Origin: Nitrospinaceae bacterium
GTDB lineage: Bacteria > Nitrospinota_A > UBA7883 > JAJDBK01
Assembly: GCA_029261405.1 (NCBI GenBank)
Contig: JAJDBK010000063.1
Coordinates: 29,086-93,085, forward strand
Length of the DNA: 64,000 nucleotides
Reading direction: 5' to 3'
The notes under the pieces were generated by a model, which made no database searches, was not told the DNA's origin, and saw only the letters and a list, made by a program, of their open reading frames with translations. Made by a program: the position numbers and the translations under genes. Below, piece by piece: positions 63,082 to 64,000 of this stretch; within the stretch, counting starts at the first letter, position 1; every line of letters starts with the position of its first letter.

Positions 63082-64000
63082 CTATTAAGCCTGTCTCGCC
63101 CCGTTCAAAAATTTCTACCCATATCTGCGCCCCGATCATCAGGTATAACATGAAATAGTGCCATCGCACGTTTCTCCGTTCGGAAAGCGAAGTGACATAT
63201 TTCACAAAAGCGGGGTTGAAAAGAGCTGTCTCTTTTATCTTTTTTTCGTTCAGCCATATCTGCGCCAACCCGGCGAGTTTGTCGTTAAAAAACCGTGGAG
63301 CGTCGACCTGGAATCCGCTTTTCGGTCTGTTGAGGATACTATCCGGCAGAAGAGCGTGGGAGAGCTTGTTTTTAAGGTAACCTTTTTTCACTCCTCCCGG
63401 AGTCAGCTCACTTCTGTTCATGGCGAATATCTTATCGGCGAGAACCGTATCGACAAACGGGACACGCACTTCAAGCCCTTCGGCCATGCTCGCCCTGTCC
63501 TCTTGCCACAAAAGGTCGTTGACCATCTTCTGTTTCCACTCGAACCGGGCCATAGCCATAACCGGATCTTTTTCGTCGGGCCAAAGCTCACTTACGGTAT
63601 CGAAAACGTTACTGGTGACGGTATCGAGCATTCTGGGACCGTAGATTTTTCTTCGGAGCGGTTCGCTGTCCCATACGTTGCGCAAAAGGGCGTAGACCCT
63701 CGACCAATCGCCCAGGCTTTGCGCCATGAGCGCCTGTCGTTCCAGTTCGCTGTTGATAAGCGGGTTGACAGCCCGGATCATCGACGCGCCGAGTTCTCCT
63801 ATCTGATTCGTGATAAAACGGGGCGCCCGGGAGTCGAGCGCCACAGCTTTGCTCATGATGCTGTGCGCGTTGTATCCGAGAAAAAGTTCATCCCCCCCCA
63901 GGCCGGAGAGGGCCACCTTGACATGTTTTGCTGTAAGCGCCGCCAGCCGGTTCACCTGTATCGAGTTGACCTTCGGAACTTCGAGGCTCCAGATCAGACG
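63071..64000 (-). CDS. Asparagine synthase (glutamine-hydrolysing)-like protein, C-terminal part; N-terminus lies beyond the window edge
   Basis: SGLGGDELFLGY synthetase-domain motif; the minus-strand reading frame stays open to position 64000. Confidence 0.65.
   Translation of the reverse strand, partial: RLIWSLEVPKVNSIQVNRLAALTAKHVKVALSGLGGDELFLGYNAHSIMSKAVALDSRAPRFITNQIGELGASMIRAVNPLINSELERQALMAQSLGDWSRVYALLRNVWDSEPLRRKIYGPRMLDTVTSNVFDTVSELWPDEKDPVMAMARFEWKQKMVNDLLWQEDRASMAEGLEVRVPFVDTVLADKIFAMNRSELTPGGVKKGYLKNKLSHALLPDSILNRPKSGFQVDAPRFFNDKLAGLAQIWLNEKKIKETALFNPAFVKYVTSLSERRNVRWHYFMLYLMIGAQIWVEIFERGETGLIDEN

Overview
This 64 kb window looks like a chromosomal segment of moderate GC content (about 52-55% by eye) and high coding density. 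The gene content points to a Deltaproteobacteria-like anaerobe. The evidence is a monomeric isocitrate dehydrogenase, a citramalate synthase next to aspartate kinase, a futalosine-pathway radical SAM enzyme, a selenoprotein, and GlnD, TrkAH and FliK-like/FlhB-like genes. Most genes are housekeeping. They include ispE, icd, sixA, engB, rnhA, recJ, dacB, glnD, an HtrA-like protease, ubiE, a cimA-lysC-apgM-hom-aminotransferase block, an EF-G paralog, tgt, hemW, hisI and an asnB-like gene truncated at the window edge. The accessory and unusual content is as follows.

- A large STAND ATPase at 52268..54625 combines an N-terminal Cys-rich HNH-like zinc finger, an NB-ARC NTPase (P-loop, Walker B, GLPLA motif) and C-terminal TPR repeats. 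It is a candidate bacterial NLR/Avs-like defence or signalling protein.
- A small accessory patch lies next to a tRNA-Ser(GCU) gene. It holds a hicB-hicA-like toxin-antitoxin pair, an orphan Panacea/DUF4065 gene, a 2x ~105 bp tandem repeat with GC-rich hairpins, a lipoprotein gene, and a GrdB/PrdB-family gene with an in-frame UGA (probable selenocysteine in a U-x-x-C motif, followed by a SECIS-like hairpin).
- A roughly 210-240 bp non-coding repeat with about 45 bp imperfect terminal inverted repeats is present in two copies, after ispE and after a hybrid histidine kinase. This is MITE-like. One copy supplies the last 7 codons and the stop codon of the adjacent radical-SAM gene.
- A visibly AT-richer lipoprotein gene sits next to a zinc-phospholipase-C-like gene.
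- An SCO/SenC copper chaperone carries a five-times MxGDHK repeat.
- A GGDEF cyclase has an N-terminal His/Glu-rich helical domain.
- A fliK-like/flhB-C-terminal-like operon has a possible sigma-28 promoter.

I found no CRISPR array, integrase or transposase. All protein assignments are from motif recognition by eye and need homology searches to confirm.
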